Counted from the first letter of the stretch, positions 24,201-37,634 are shown. The stretch is DNA of 64,000 nt from Bugula neritina (GCA_964035545.1 OZ037770.1:6210729-6274728); one strand, 5' to 3'. Numbers and translations: made by a program. The notes: generated by a model from the letters alone, not told the origin.

Positions 24201-24251
24201 GTTAAACTCGATAAGGAAATTAGAAAACTGATTGCCGAAAGCAATGCCTAA
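21241..24251 (+). CDS. 3' exons of a Shank/ProSAP-like scaffold gene (Pro-rich region + C-terminal SAM), possibly pseudogenised
   Basis: AG/GT-bounded exons at about 21241-21279, 21832-21939, 22146-22257, 22517-22685, 22855-23133, 23500-23637 and 24031-24251; SAM WSTGEVGVWLDAIGLGEY...IEG...KADVKELGV resembles the Shank SAM; PPxxF motifs (PPHGF, PPPTF) and KPPP..KP; in-frame TAA at 21894. Confidence 0.65.
21485..21700. repeat. Short foldback repeat (AATGGCAC arrays vs GTGCCATT arrays), MITE-like
   Basis: Left arm repeats AAA(C/A)TGGCAC, right arm repeats GTGCCATT, around a central TAGGGT-rich spacer. Confidence 0.5.
21930..22075. repeat. Minisatellite, about 22-bp unit, derived from the exon/donor junction
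   Basis: Repeated GTGAGTGACTAGTACTGTGACT-like units. Confidence 0.7.
22280..22422. repeat. Minisatellite, 23-bp unit AGTCACACAGTATGACACATTAT
   Basis: About 6 tandem copies visible. Confidence 0.85.
23632..23770. repeat. Minisatellite with GTCAGGTGAGCACCTG-like units
   Basis: About 4 degenerate copies starting at the exon donor site. Confidence 0.7.
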
Positions 24252-26092
24252 AGAGATTAAAACCCATAATAATTTTAAAGATATAATATATTGAACTATC
24301 CTTACTTATTAGCAATATTATTTTTAGCATAAAACTTAACTGCTTATATTTTTATACTGTGGAGTTAGCATTATTCCATTTTATATATGATATTCTCTAT
24401 GTATTGTAATTAGTCTATTTTGCCGGCTTTCCCAATATGGTCTTATTCTAGTAATTGGGTGCAGATAGATGAGACTGCTTACTATAACATTATTATTCCC
24501 TAGACCACAGCTTATGGTATTGTGTTAAAGCTTTTCCAGAACTGCAGCACATTTTCTGTTAACAGAACTGAGCTGGACTAAGCTGAGAATGGAATATATT
24601 TTAGTTTGCATCACGTTATGTTCAAATAGTGATGAGATATTTTCTACTGATTATAAACACTATTTTCATGTTGAAACTTTCTACAAAAATGAAAGATAGT
24701 TTCACCTCTTCCAGTTAATAAGTAAATATAAAACTTGTTTATCCATGGTATAATCTATTTGTTTACAAAATAGTGCAACATTGATCAGCCTTCTGCCTAA
24801 TTTTAGCTGTTTCCTGCGTTTCTTCCTAATGCAAGGTCACTTATTTATTAAGTTTTAAACTCTATAGAAGACTACATAATAATACAATGATATATCATCA
24901 CTCAGCTATGTAAGAGGGGTTGTTGTATTTCTATTAAGTTGTTTCTATTATTATTGTCTGCAGAACTTGTTATTGAGGGTGGAGTAGAAATTTTAATCCA
25001 TATATTGTAATTAATTTGAAACACAATGCTCATATTCGGTCAAATGCAAGTTGAAGCAGAATAAAATATATAGTTATCAATGATAATTAATTTGATTGTT
25101 TTTATGACAATAATATAGGAACATTCTGTTCAACAATTGGATATATAAAGCAAAAGTTTAATATTTGTGTGACTTTCAAATGTATGCAGAATCTGAAAAT
25201 GTCCAACAATTAAATATTAACCAAACTTTATATGTTTTGACTTTCAAAATGCAGATCTTAGACAAGTTGGCTGCCTTTAGTGTCTTGCTATGTGCTCAGC
25301 TAGTTTCCAGGTGAGTGAAATCTTTCAACTGACACACTATAATATTAAACAAAAAGAGAGAAATTTCGTTGATGTCAAAATTAGCACTAAATCATTGATT
25401 TGGGCTTACTTTATATAGTAGAATATAACCGGCAATCTCAAATCAATGAAATGTGTCTTTTTTCTTTTACTGTTGAATTTCCATACTTTGAGTTCCTAGA
25501 CTTGAAAATATACAATAGTTAGCAAAGATGCGGGTCGTTGCAAACGTCTCTCAAACCAACATAATGAGTTCAGTGTGCAACCAATTTTATGGTTTCTTAG
25601 CTTACGTAAACTCTACCTGCAGAGATGCAGTGACATGAAAATTTTACCACAGAATCCTTACAACCAATTCCATCAGCTAACTTGATTTCCTTGACTGTAG
25701 AGGTTAGTTACACCATCTATTATAATTGTATTTGTACTACATTTAAACTATGTGTGAGAGATGCTACATAAAGCATATTTGAATGATAGATTTATTGAGT
25801 AAGTTATTTGTCTCCTATGTAATGAGAAAAATCTATTAGTTACAGCAGAAGAAACTTATACAGCTAAGATAGTTTATTAGTGCCGCTGTTATTTAGTTCA
25901 TGCGTATGCAATTTATTGCCATTCTGTATGAAGGTGAACACTGTACTTGATCCAAAGATTGCTATAAAACCCCACTATTCTGTTAGCAGATTACTTTAGT
26001 CTAAAAAGTAGCTAACAATACAAATCTATAAATATCAACTAATTTTCATAAATTGTGTACCTTTTCAATTCATTTCATTTGTGATAAACATG

Positions 26093-26567
<475 letters not shown>

Positions 26568-26628
26568 TTTATTGTAGTATATATTGTAGTATATATTGTA
26601 ATACATATTGTAGTATATGTTGTAGTAT

Positions 26629-26934
26629 TGTTAAGATTTTCAGATTTAGGGTTGATGTGCCACCAAGAGAGTCTATTTATCACTAGAGAAACTTCACCGA
26701 GCTAAGTCGAGTAGATATCTTTATATTTTAATACAAGAATACATAATAAAATCTAATGTACAACAGTAATGATACGCACGTCTATTTAATTTACAGCACT
26801 ATCCTCAACTGAGCTAGTAGCGCGAAGCTGCTACTATTACTCATAAAACAACCTAGCTAATTGGCTAATACATTGTTCCGGGTCAATACGCAACCTTGCG
26901 TATTGTGTTGCTGGTAGCTCCACGAGCCACCACA
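26629..26934 (-). repeat. 3' LTR of element C
   Basis: Direct repeat of 33703-34008. Confidence 0.96.
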
Positions 26935-27204
26935 CTGCCCCCTCCAGCAGAAAGCCCTCTTTTTGATAAAAATAAAATTCACATAAAAAAAACGTATACT
27001 TCGTTGTGGGGGGGGTAAGAGAACAGTATAAAAGTATATACAAAAAAACAACAACTGATAAAATATACAGGTATATATAACGTGCACAATATGTAATAAG
27101 TAAGAGAAGGTCCTATCTACATGTAGAAAACGTGCCACCATAACGGTAGAAAATGCCACAGAGAGGTAGGGGAAAAGTAGTATGGAGTTGGAGATAGACT
27201 CAAG

Positions 27205-28266
27205 TTAACTGCGGGCCGCACGCTTCATGCGTTTAATAGACTCCTGTAAATATTTGAGTTCACTGGATGCAGCCTGCACCCGTGGGGCCAGTCTGTACAC
27301 TTCTTGCTCCAAGTCTTGTGCCCTAGCTTCTACTTCACGTAGGTTGCGGGCCCAGGGGAACGAGCGAGAGGAAGTCGGCTGTCTGTGTCTTTTCCGCTCT
27401 GAGGAAGGAAGGGGAGGAGGGAGTGTATACGCATTTGTGTCTACCCTCTGTAGTACGACACGAGGAAAGGTATGCGGTATGCGTAGAGGACTGTGAGGTG
27501 GAGAGTTAGTAGACTGTGTAGGTTTATCTGCGGCTCCAGAGATGATGGGTCGCGGGGAAGGGAAGCCTTGCTCCAGGCGAGATAGCCGAGCTGAGTCAGT
27601 GATGAGTGGTTTGATGGCGTTGAGAAAGGCAGGATAGGATGATTCGTCTACTTCATAGACATGCCCTTGATAACACTGCATAGTACGTTGGTGCCGCAGT
27701 AGGTAATCACGATTGTAGCTATATTCTCCGCAAGGGCAGAAAGTGGTGATGTAGTGTTGCGGCAAGTGTACTTTCAGTCTGCGGTGGGTTGTGAATCGCT
27801 GCTGGCAGAGGTTGCATTCACGATTACTCTCACCTCCTTGATGGGTCCTAATCTCTCTCTCTGTGGCAGGGGTAATCCAGTTGGAGGTTGCTTCCAACTG
27901 GGGTGGCAGTTGCCTGGTTGTAGAAGTTGTTGGGGCCGGCTCTGGGTCCCACGCCATCTCTAGAGAAGGCATGCCCGGAGAGACGGGCGCGAGTGTGTCT
28001 ACAAAAGTAGAATTATTGTTAGATCGCGGTGGATCTTTACAACATAATTCTAGTGACTGTCGGCCGTTGCTAGCCTGAGAGTCACAGCTTTTGGAATGCA
28101 CTCGAGGAACCGATGAATCATGTGTGGACTGACCAAGAACAGTGTCTAGCTCCAGGTCTAACAGACCGTCGGCCATTACAGTGTCTTCATCGTCATTCAC
28201 ATAAAACGTGGTTCCCAGTAATTCTGATTCAATCTGCTGAATTAGTTCAGAATTTACTGTTTCCAT
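27205..28266 (-). CDS. Accessory ORF3 of element C: C2H2-type zinc finger + CxC-H-C finger + coiled coil
   Basis: 353-aa ORF; CNLC-x12-H-x3-H, TFCPCG...RHQ...C; C-terminal heptads LREVEARAQDLEQEVYRLAP; homologous to 6869-7690. Confidence 0.82.
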   Translation of the reverse strand: METVNSELIQQIESELLGTTFYVNDDEDTVMADGLLDLELDTVLGQSTHDSSVPRVHSKSCDSQASNGRQSLELCCKDPPRSNNNSTFVDTLAPVSPGMPSLEMAWDPEPAPTTSTTRQLPPQLEATSNWITPATEREIRTHQGGESNRECNLCQQRFTTHRRLKVHLPQHYITTFCPCGEYSYNRDYLLRHQRTMQCYQGHVYEVDESSYPAFLNAIKPLITDSARLSRLEQGFPSPRPIISGAADKPTQSTNSPPHSPLRIPHTFPRVVLQRVDTNAYTLPPPLPSSERKRHRQPTSSRSFPWARNLREVEARAQDLEQEVYRLAPRVQAASSELKYLQESIKRMKRAARS

Positions 28267-28690
28267 GAATAGGAATACAAGACTTATACTGGCTTACCTG
28301 GGAACTCGGTATTAATGTCTATACTCAACGTTCTTGGTAAGATTGGAGCTGGTTGTGAGATACGTCTGCCTTTGGCGATGTCAGCATAAGAAAAGGCTGA
28401 GCATCGTTTCTGAGGCACGAGGTCGGGACTATTTGCTTTACGCGCATTAATTCCTCCCACTATTCCGCCCTCGCAAAAGTTGATATTTGCGTGGGGTTCA
28501 CAACTCCAACATTTTATCGTACGGTTTTCCCCTAGACTTTCATGTGCGCCGCTTCTAATGCAGTCACATACGGAGTCTTTTAAATATGGTGGGGGTTTCC
28601 TCGTACGTTGTCCCCTTTCTAGGGGGGGTGACACGCTTGCCGGTTCGTTAGTAGGGGCCTCTAATGGCGTCTCTACTTCACCGTTAGCGG

Positions 28691-31600
28691 TCACCTCTTC
28701 TTGTTCTCCTGATGGAGCCCCTCCCTCCGTGGGGTTTGCACTTCCGGAACCGGCTCGGTTTCTGGAAGTGATGGAATTAGACTTGGCGGTGGCGGACACG
28801 CTTCTGTTGACAAAAGCTGCCGCTCCTCTCTCACCAAGTTTTCTTCCCGCGGTATGACCACTTTGTATTCAGGTCCATGCCGCCGTCGCCCGCGCGTCGT
28901 TGTCTGCCTCCTGGGCTCTAACAACGGGGGGGCTTCTCCCACTCCGTCGGGGCTAGCCCAATACGGTTTCAAGCGAGACTCATTCTGGATAGACACCTGT
29001 CCTGAGCGCTCGATCTTGTACGTATGATTGGGCATAGCCTCGACGACCACGTAGGGGCCTACGAACTTAGGCTTCAGTTTATCAGCCTGTCCGCGACGCC
29101 TACGGTAATTGACCATCCACACCTTATCTCCCGTTTGATAGAGAGGTGGTTCATCGGAACCTTCGTGCCGCACCTTCCACTGCTGTTGGCGCAGTATATC
29201 GTGTGCGGCCTTCATCCGTTCCACTAGTTCACTGGCATACTCGTGAACCGAGTTGTCTTGCTCTGGAACGTGGTATGTGAGATGGTCAGGGACACGAGTC
29301 TCTCTCCCGAGCATCAAGAGGTTTGGGGTCTCACCAGTACTGGTGTGTGGGGTGCTACGGTATGCAAGCATGACCTGCGGCAACACCGTATCCCATTCCT
29401 CTTGACCTCGTCCAAGGAGGAGACTCCGGAGTGCATCACCTAGCATCCGGTTGTTGCGCTCCACCACCCCGTTACCTTGAGGGTGGTAGGGGGTGGTCCT
29501 GCTCTGATTTACTCCCCAGAGGTGGCAAAGGTCGCTCATCAGTTGAGACTGGAATTGAGCGCCTTGATCAGAGTGTATCTGTTCGGGAAGCCCAAAATAA
29601 CAGAATACATGTTGGTCTAGTGCCCTGGCCACTAGTAAAGTGGTCGGTTAGTACTAGGATCCAGTTATTGCCTCTGGGGGTCAGGGGCATGGGTCCGACC
29701 AGGTCTACAGCGACTACTTGCCAGGGCCTACCAGCGTATAGCCTCCGCCGTCCTGCTTCACCAGGGGGGCGGCTATGCTTACTGGCCTGGCAGATCTCAC
29801 ACTGTTTGACTCTGGCCAATACCACCGGAGTCATAATTTGGATATCACTCTCTTGACCCCTGCGTGGGCCTGTTTGTGAGTATCCCAAATCAACTCACGG
29901 CGTATGGCCGTGGGGCAGACTACCCTCTTCCTCTCCGGGTCTTCCTCTCCGGGTGTCTGCCGCTGGCAGCTAAGGAGATGGTTAGTAACCCATCCTGCCC
30001 GATCCGCAGCGAGTCCCAACGCTGACAGTATAGCCGGAACTCGGCGCATCCCTGTCGTATGCGTTCCTCGCTGGGTCGTCGCCCTTCCTTTTTGGCCCGG
30101 TATATGTCTGCCACGACTCCAGGCAGCTCTTCTTGGAGCTTCCTCAGCTCGCGAACATTACCGGCCAGTACACGGTTGGCGCGGAGGTTTTTCACATCCT
30201 CCGGGGACTCATCAACTCCCTGCCTGAGTTGACCCTGGTCCCAGTCAAACGGTGCTCCGTGGTGAGCCAGCGTCTCCAACTCGCATCGCGGGGGACCTCC
30301 ATCCCTCCTCTCGATGTTGAGACACTGTTTGCAACCCCCGTCAGGTCGGCGACTCAACCCATCCGCGTTGCTGTGTCTCTTGCCCGGTCGATGTTCGATC
30401 CGGTATGAGAATTCAGCTAGGATTTCGAGCCACCGGGCGACCTGACTAGAGGGCTCTGCTCTCCTGCACAACCAGATCAGCGAGGCATGATCCGTACGCA
30501 GCCGGAACTTCCTGCCGTATAGGTATGGTCTGAAGTGCTTCACTGACTTGATTACTGCCAGCAGCTCCTTGCGGGTAGTGCAGTAATTCCGTTCAGCGGG
30601 TGAGAGAGACTTGCTGTAGTAGGCTACTACTACCTCTCGGCCTTCCTGCACTTGTGACAGCACAGCGCCAACATTTTGGTCACTGGCGTCCGTGTCGAGG
30701 ATGTACTCCAGAGTGGGGTCTGGGTAGGCCAAGATGGGCGCCGTTAGTAGGCAGCCCTTGAGGCGGTCGAACGCTTCTTGCTCGACTGGGGTCCACTGCC
30801 ACGTCACTCCCTTTGCGGTGAGCCGGTTTAATGGCTGGGCTATACCCGCAAAGTCTGGTATGTATTGCCTGTAATACCCTACCAGCCTCAAGAAAGCCCG
30901 GAGTCCGGTCAAGTCTTGGGGGGCGACCCAGTCTTCTACCGCCCGTACCTTTTCGGGATCCGTTGCCACGCCATTTCGACCGACAACGTGCCCCAGGTAC
31001 TTGACCTCCGGCTGCAATAGAGCGCACTTGGAAGGTTTGAGCTTGAGACCGGCACCTCGGAGTCTCTCGAAAACCTCCTGCAGACGACTGACATGTGTCT
31101 CGAAGTCTGGAGAGATTTTGATGACATTATCGAGGTAGACCAGCAGTGTCTTCTAATGGAGTCCACTAAGGACTTGTTCCATCAGCCTCTGGAAGGTGGC
31201 TGGGGCGGAGGTTAACCCGAAGGGCAGCACCTTCCACTTCCACAAACCGTCCCGTGTGATAAACGCCGCTTTCTCTTGGGCGTCGGGACTCAGAGGAACC
31301 TGTCAATAGCCGCTTAGCAAGTCTAACGTACTGAAGTACTTGCTGCCGGCTAGGGCGTCCAATGACTCGTCAATACGAGGTAGAGGGTAGGCGTCCTGTA
31401 TGGTTACGCTATTGAGTTTGCGGTAGTCCACACAGAACCGCCAACTGCCGTCTTTCTTCCGGACCAGTACGACTGGCGAGCTCCACGCACTATGAGCGGG
31501 CTCTATCAGTCCCCGGTCCAGAAGATCCCGTACTTGTCGGCTAACCTCCTTCTCTTTCTCCGGCCCCAGCCTGCGTGTGGGCTGCCGGACAGGGACTGTC

Positions 31601-32853
31601 CCTGCAGTCAGCGGTATTTCGTGTCTGACAATTCCAGTCAGTCCCACGTCATGCTCTCCGCTGCTGAACACATCACCGTAGTCGCGTAGTAACTTAGCCA
31701 TAACTTGGCGTTTTCTGTTACTCGCGCAGCCGCCACTGGCCGTTTCGTATAAATCCCGGAGATGTGTTGGGACTGCCCCTCGTCCCTGAATAGGGTGTCG
31801 AGGGGGTGCCTCCATCGCGTCACCCAGCGACGGGCCCACGTCCTCTTCCTGGGCGGAGTGGAACCAGCCCAGCATTGACCCAGCTGGGAGCTCAATGGGC
31901 TCGGTAAAGGGGTTGACACACTGCACTAAGACCTCCCCTCGCTCAGTTAGTCGGTTTAAACTACTGGTGAGTTGGATCCTTTCGTGCGCGCCTTCAACGA
32001 CCCCGAGCCTGGCTATCCGGTTGCTGTTCACTCCGCAGTGGATAGTAGCTCTGGAGCGTCCGGGTACGGTGCAGTTTCGAACTACCTGAACACCGCCCAC
32101 CAGAGGACGCCCAAACTTATCCACACAGGTGAGTTCTCGCCCGCCCATCAGCACCACCGACTTACTAAAATCTATTCGGCACTGGTGTTGCTTCAAGAAG
32201 GGCATTCCGAGGATAGCATCTTCCTCCAGTTGACCTATGATAAAGGTCTCCTGTACAGCCTGATCTCGGACACGCCCAGGGAGCTCGATAATACCATAAA
32301 AGGGAATACATGACCCGTCTGCCAGGGTGCCATGTTTCCCAGTATACGGTCGTACTCTATCCCTGTCCCGGCGGGGCAGTGCCTCAAAGACTCTACGACT
32401 GAGAAGGTTGGTAGTACAACCGGAGTCGAGCAGGAAAGTGACGGCGTTGCCGGCCACCTTTCCGGGTAGGAAATAGCTCTCTCCATGTGGTTGTACTTTC
32501 ACCCCCCCCGCATGTGCTGTCCTGGATTGACAGGACGGCGGGGGTTTCACCCGTGGTTTACGGGGCTTCCGGCGGCGAGGTTGGTGCCGGCGGGGTTTGG
32601 GGCTCTCCACTGGGCCTTCTGGCTCCATTTCAGTGGCGGGCTCCTCTTCCCGAGGTAACCGGTGAAACCGGTTAGCGAGCGGCAGGGAGAAGGTACTTGG
32701 CCGTTGTGCGGGCCTACTAGTCCTGCGTGGTACCTGCCACTCGGGTGGAGTGTTCCGTCGTGTCCGTATGGACAGACGACGGCGTGTTCCACCATACTCC
32801 TTCAGTTGCGGCCCGCGGGGAGGGAGAGTGTCCGCGGGCCGTGACAGTTTAAC
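28691..32853 (-). pseudogene. Element C pol: protease, RT, RNase H and integrase, disrupted
   Basis: ORFs 31303-32628 (LLDSG), 29920-31017 and 28691-29632; premature stops in RT, small deletions and a 14-bp duplication in the integrase region. Confidence 0.92.
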
Positions 32854-33683
32854 GCCCCCTGGTATTGGGGTCGTCCTTTCTGTCCCCGGTCCTGATCAGC
32901 GCTACTCCAGCCCTGCCCCACAGGCGTTGGTGGCATGCGCAGGGCCTGACCGGGGCCAGCACCGGCCAGAATGGTTACCAGTTGTCCCAGCATCTCTACC
33001 ATACGGTCCACTTCGGCTTCCAGCGGGAGGGCTTCGGGACCTGTCGTAGCCCTGGCAGCGCTGACTCCAACTACTGGTGGGTTCCGTTGTGCTCGATGCA
33101 TTTGGGTAGCCAACAGGTAAGCTTCTCCAGCCTTCAGGGCATCCTCTATTCTGGTTATCCCTTTAGCTCGTAGTTGATGGTGTAGGCCCAGGTCGTTTAG
33201 TGACTGGACAAAGGCGTCATAGGTGTAACGCTCTTGGTGTTGTGCTGGCAGATCGCTATATGCAATCTGCGCCAGCTTCTTCACCGTCGCGGCATCTTCT
33301 TGCAGCGAGGTCCGCGGGTTGCGGCACAATCTCTCTAGTTTGGTCCTAGCGTCTATTACGGAGATGCCAAAACGGGCCCGCAGCGCAGCCAGTATTCCGT
33401 CTACATCCGTTTCCACTCCGTACGGCTTGGCTTGCTCCGTCACCGCTCTCCACAATTGAATAAGGGCCACTCTATGCGGCCATTGAGCAACCTCCATTAC
33501 CTCTCTAAATTCTTGTATAAGTTGTTCGACATCCTCCGACCCAGTAAAGGTGGGAGCTTTCAAGCAATGTCTATAAGCTTCTTCTCCCTCACGATTCACA
33601 GGATTAACAGCATTTCTACGCTCACTTTCTACTGGGGGTGGTTGCATTCTAGCATTTTCAGTCTCCATCTTTGATGTACACAA
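32802..33683 (-). CDS. Element C gag (open, no recognisable zinc knuckle)
   Basis: 293-aa ORF with LKAPTFTGSEDVEQ, homologous to A and B gag. Confidence 0.85.
   Translation of the reverse strand: MCTSKMETENARMQPPPVESERRNAVNPVNREGEEAYRHCLKAPTFTGSEDVEQLIQEFREVMEVAQWPHRVALIQLWRAVTEQAKPYGVETDVDGILAALRARFGISVIDARTKLERLCRNPRTSLQEDAATVKKLAQIAYSDLPAQHQERYTYDAFVQSLNDLGLHHQLRAKGITRIEDALKAGEAYLLATQMHRAQRNPPVVGVSAARATTGPEALPLEAEVDRMVEMLGQLVTILAGAGPGQALRMPPTPVGQGWSSADQDRGQKGRPQYQGALNCHGPRTLSLPAGRN
32810..32853 (-). promoter_or_regulatory. Putative -1 frameshift signal, element C
   Basis: GTTAAAC + 6 nt + stem GGCCCGCGG/CCGCGGGCC with 13-nt loop; the -1 frame reads without a stop into the protease ORF. 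Confidence 0.82.
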
Positions 33684-33701
33684 ATCCCACTGCTGCCACC
33701 A
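33684..33701 (-). promoter_or_regulatory. Primer binding site of element C, tRNA-Leu
   Basis: ATCCCACTGCTGCCACCA on the + strand, 1 nt from the LTR. Confidence 0.88.
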
Positions 33702-33702
33702 C

Positions 33703-34008
33703 TGTTAGGATTTTCAGATTTAGGGTTGATGTGCCACCAAGAGAGTCTATTTATCACTAGAGAAACTTCACCGAGTTAAGTCGAGTAGATATCTTTATAT
33801 TTTAATACAAGAATACATAATAAAATCTAATGTACAACAGTAATGATACGCACGTCTATTTAATTTACAGCACTATCCTCAACTGAGCTAGTAGCGCGAA
33901 GCTGCTACTATTACTCATAAAACAACCTAGCTAATTGGCTAATACATTGTTCCGGGTCAATACGCAACCTTGCGTATTGTGTTGCTGGTAGCTCCACGAG
34001 CCACCACA
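33703..34008 (-). repeat. 5' LTR of element C
   Basis: Direct repeat of 26629-26934. Confidence 0.96.
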
Positions 34009-36004
34009 GTATACTGAATGTAGGATAGTGAGATAGTTGTCTCCCCCAATGCATTTTCCTGCAATCACCAGCTAGAAAATTTGGAACAAGATATACAACT
34101 CAATGATTATTACAATGTGAATATATTATCATTATTACTATCATTAACTGACCCAGAAATGAAATCCAAAAACTAATTTTAGATGTGAGAAGAAAACTCT
34201 ACAGCTCAAGCAATAGACAGCGCATGACTTCTTGGCAACGCGAGTATTCCCTTTTCTTTTGCGTTTCCGGCTCACTTCCTAGCTTGAGCAGATCGTTACA
34301 AAATTGCTAACTTGTTACACCCACCATTCCTCATTATCGTAATTTCATTAAAGTTTTGCTAAGTTACTAGCTATAGTAACATGTAATAAAACAATTAGGC
34401 TACATAATTATTTCTAAATTGTGATCATATCTAGCGCCACGTACTCGTTTTGATTGTCAGTCAATGTTTTCTTTAAGTTAAAATTCAACTTAAAGTTTTA
34501 TGACTATCGGTATCACTATCACTATGCGTTTATCATTATCCATTATGATTATGGGTTCTGACTATAACTATAAGTATATCAATATGATTATGATTGTCAC
34601 TATAGTTTAGATTGCCATCATAATGACAATCATTTTCGTTATGATAATCACTTTTACCTTGTCAATATATCTATGAATATTAATATGGCATTATCATTGA
34701 GATGCACATAATTTTAAATGTAATGATAACCATTAACTTTAAGTTAAGGTCATATACCTATAGTTATAGTGATATCTATCAAATGATAGTGATAATATGT
34801 TTTTTTATTATCATAACGTGTCAATAGCAGAACCATCAATGATTTCCATTAAAGTATTTATCTGTTTAATAATTAGTGCTGCTATAACTATAAATTAGTA
34901 GTACTAATCGTAAATTTAATGATAATTTCATGCAAATTTCAATACGAATATGGGCGTATAGTAATTTTATGTTAATCCTAATCCTTATCATAAATCCATG
35001 ATTGTAATTATAATGTAATACACAATTTAAATATAATTGTGAATTATCAAAAGCAATATGAATATGATATTTTGTGATATTTTGATGTGATCTCTGTAGT
35101 AGTATGCATTGCAATAGTATTTTTTGATGCTGATAATGATTAATGACTATTGCTATGCCAATGATTAGCTTTACTATTTATATATTTTATATATAATCAC
35201 TATGCTAATTACTTTATAGTTGATCTGCACAACTGCAGTAATAACAGTGACAGCCATTATCAAATATGATTAATAGTTGTGACGAAGTTACACCATGGCA
35301 TTAACAATCAATTTGATATTATTGTTAAATAGACTTTTGGCTAACTTGAAAGTTTGGATTAAAGTCCTCTAGGGCAATCTCTTTACATTCCTCCTAGTAG
35401 TCAAGCCTTACAAGTAGTTGAATGTTTTTAAGGCATTCAGCAAACCACATCTGGTTAACTAGCCGCTAGCCTATGAAATACTACAAATCACCCCATTTTA
35501 CAAATAGCAAATTATAAATAATCTGATAATTTTCTAGCATGATGTAATGCTGCTGAAAGTAAACTTTTTGGTTTTTAAACAGTGTTTACAATATTACTTT
35601 GTTTACTTCTAATGTGGAAAATATTACTTCATTAATAGCTAATTTGTAAAATATTGTCCTTTTATATAATATACTGAAGGGAATGCTCAATCCACATGTT
35701 TGTTTAAACTGTATGTATCTGTCACAGAAAAATTCAATTTAAATAGGTTCTATTTGCATAAATTAATTACTAGTCAGCTATATTTGCTAGGCTCACTCAT
35801 TACATACTTGGACTGTTTTTGTGTTCATGTTTCGCTTTTTTCAGAGATAATCCTGTTATTTTTATAGATGAATGTATGTGTTTGGATGTGAAATAAGATG
35901 TCAAATCTGCTGCTTTAGCTTCCAACTGGTGGATCTCTGGGTAAGTGTATTTAAACTATTTATTCAACTACTGACTTGACTGATTATCACTGTGAATAGT
36001 TAGT

Positions 36005-36200
36005 ACTAATAGTCTACCTTGCATTAATAGTCTACCTTACACTAATATTCTACCTTACACTAATATTCTACCTTACACTAATATTCTACCTTGCACTAAT
36101 AGTCTACCTTACACTAATATTCTACCTTACACTAATAGTCTACCTTACACTAATATTCTACCTTGCACTAATATTCTACCTTACACTAATAATCTACTTT
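36005..36200. repeat. Minisatellite, 18-bp unit ACTAATA(T/G)TCTACCTT(A/G)C
   Basis: About 10 tandem copies. Confidence 0.88.
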
Positions 36201-37634
36201 GCATTGGTTTAGGTGACTGGAAAACACAGGTATTCCAGTAGTTGTGTAGGTATCTTCACCTCACTGTCATCACTCTAAACCCTCTTTTAGTAATCGTCTC
36301 TTCCCAGCAGTGAACATATATTAAGAGTAGAAATAGTAAAACTAGGTAAGTCTCTAATCAATACTACAGAATAGGGGATACAGACTACAAGTCTCTGTGT
36401 ATGTAACCTTGTTATATAATGATTCAAATTAGGTATAGCAGTGCATAAGTATGCTGAAGGGTATCATCTTTTATAGTTGGTTTAGCATGGGACAATGGCA
36501 GACCAACTGTGATAGTTTCTGTAGCTTTTCTTTCTTCATAATCAGTATGAGTGATGATCTCAAACTCCACGCTATTGGCTCTCTACAATTATTTCTCTAC
36601 AACAGAGTTTCTATAAATAGCTAATTCATGTTTGGTGTCATTCCACACAAGTCGCTATGCTAGCTTGACAAAACAGGAAAAATGCTTCTACCTATATGAA
36701 AAAAATAAAGAGTGTAGCTATAAATTGTATGTTTTATTGAGCTCAAATAAATGCAAAATATTTAATTTGAAAAAAGTGAACATAAGCTACTAGGCCACAT
36801 GTTTCAATAGCACTGCAGCTAGTAGAGGTCAGTAATCTTGTAGAGTTAGTCATGAGTGGTGGGATTTCTGCTTTTTAATTGTTTTTCACATCTCCTTAGA
36901 CTGCATAGCCTGTTTTATAGTCATGTTGTAGTGTTTGGTTTATTTATATAAGAGTTTGTAAATTGCTGGATGATATTATTTAATATAGCTTTGCTGCGTA
37001 ATAATTCTGCCTCTGAAGAATTGTTGAATGCAGTTTTTGATTCTGCTGTTACATTATTATAACTATCTGGCTTGTGGGAAGATAAATATTTTAAGAAGTC
37101 CTTTGAGATGAGTTCGTCTCATACCCCAAACTGTGTCAAGTTGAATGAAAACTGTTATTATAGTCAGCTTAAGTAAAAAACTATTCAATTTTTAAGCATT
37201 TGAATTAAAAGAATACCTTTATTAGCATTGATTATATACTCATATGTCATAAAATTTATAAGTATTTGAGAAAGTTGTCAAATGTTCTGATTCAAATTTG
37301 TTCACCTGGTGTGCTGTTTAGCCAGATCTGGACTCTTTTATGGGAATATCAGTTGAGTTTACAAAGGGTGAAAATAGCAATTAATCATATTCTACTACTT
37401 TATATTTAATAGCTGCGTACACCTATTTCAGGAAGTTGTGAAACATTTGATGATCTGGTGTATTGCTTATCCAGATATTCAATACATTTAGAAATATTAA
37501 TGTACTCTAAGAATATAATGAAGTTGATGAGTAATCATATTATTTTACTTCATATTTAATATCTGTTTTAGATGGAACTGCTACATTTTAGCTAAAACTT
37601 ATTACCAAGAAAGACAATCCACCATTTGGTAACT

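Larger units (their letters stand above)
26629..34008 (-). mobile_element. Gypsy/Ty3 LTR retrotransposon C, full-length with disrupted pol
   Basis: 306-bp LTRs 26629-26934 and 33703-34008 (2 differences seen); TSD GTAT at 26625-26628 and 34009-34012; PBS 33684-33701; purine tract GGAGGGGGCAG. Confidence 0.96.

Noticed and set aside
31150-31305. APOBEC-like hypermutation from two TGG-to-stop changes in element C RT
   Set aside because: Two events are too few, and no general G-to-A excess is visible against element B.
34200-34300. NF-kB or ETS sites in the presumed Roco-caspase promoter
   Set aside because: Short, imperfect matches expected by chance, and the transcription start is not established.
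36005-36200. Regular short repeats as a possible CRISPR-like array (also 22280-22422 and 53068-53450)
   Set aside because: Head-to-tail tandem units without unique spacers, in eukaryotic introns; these are minisatellites.
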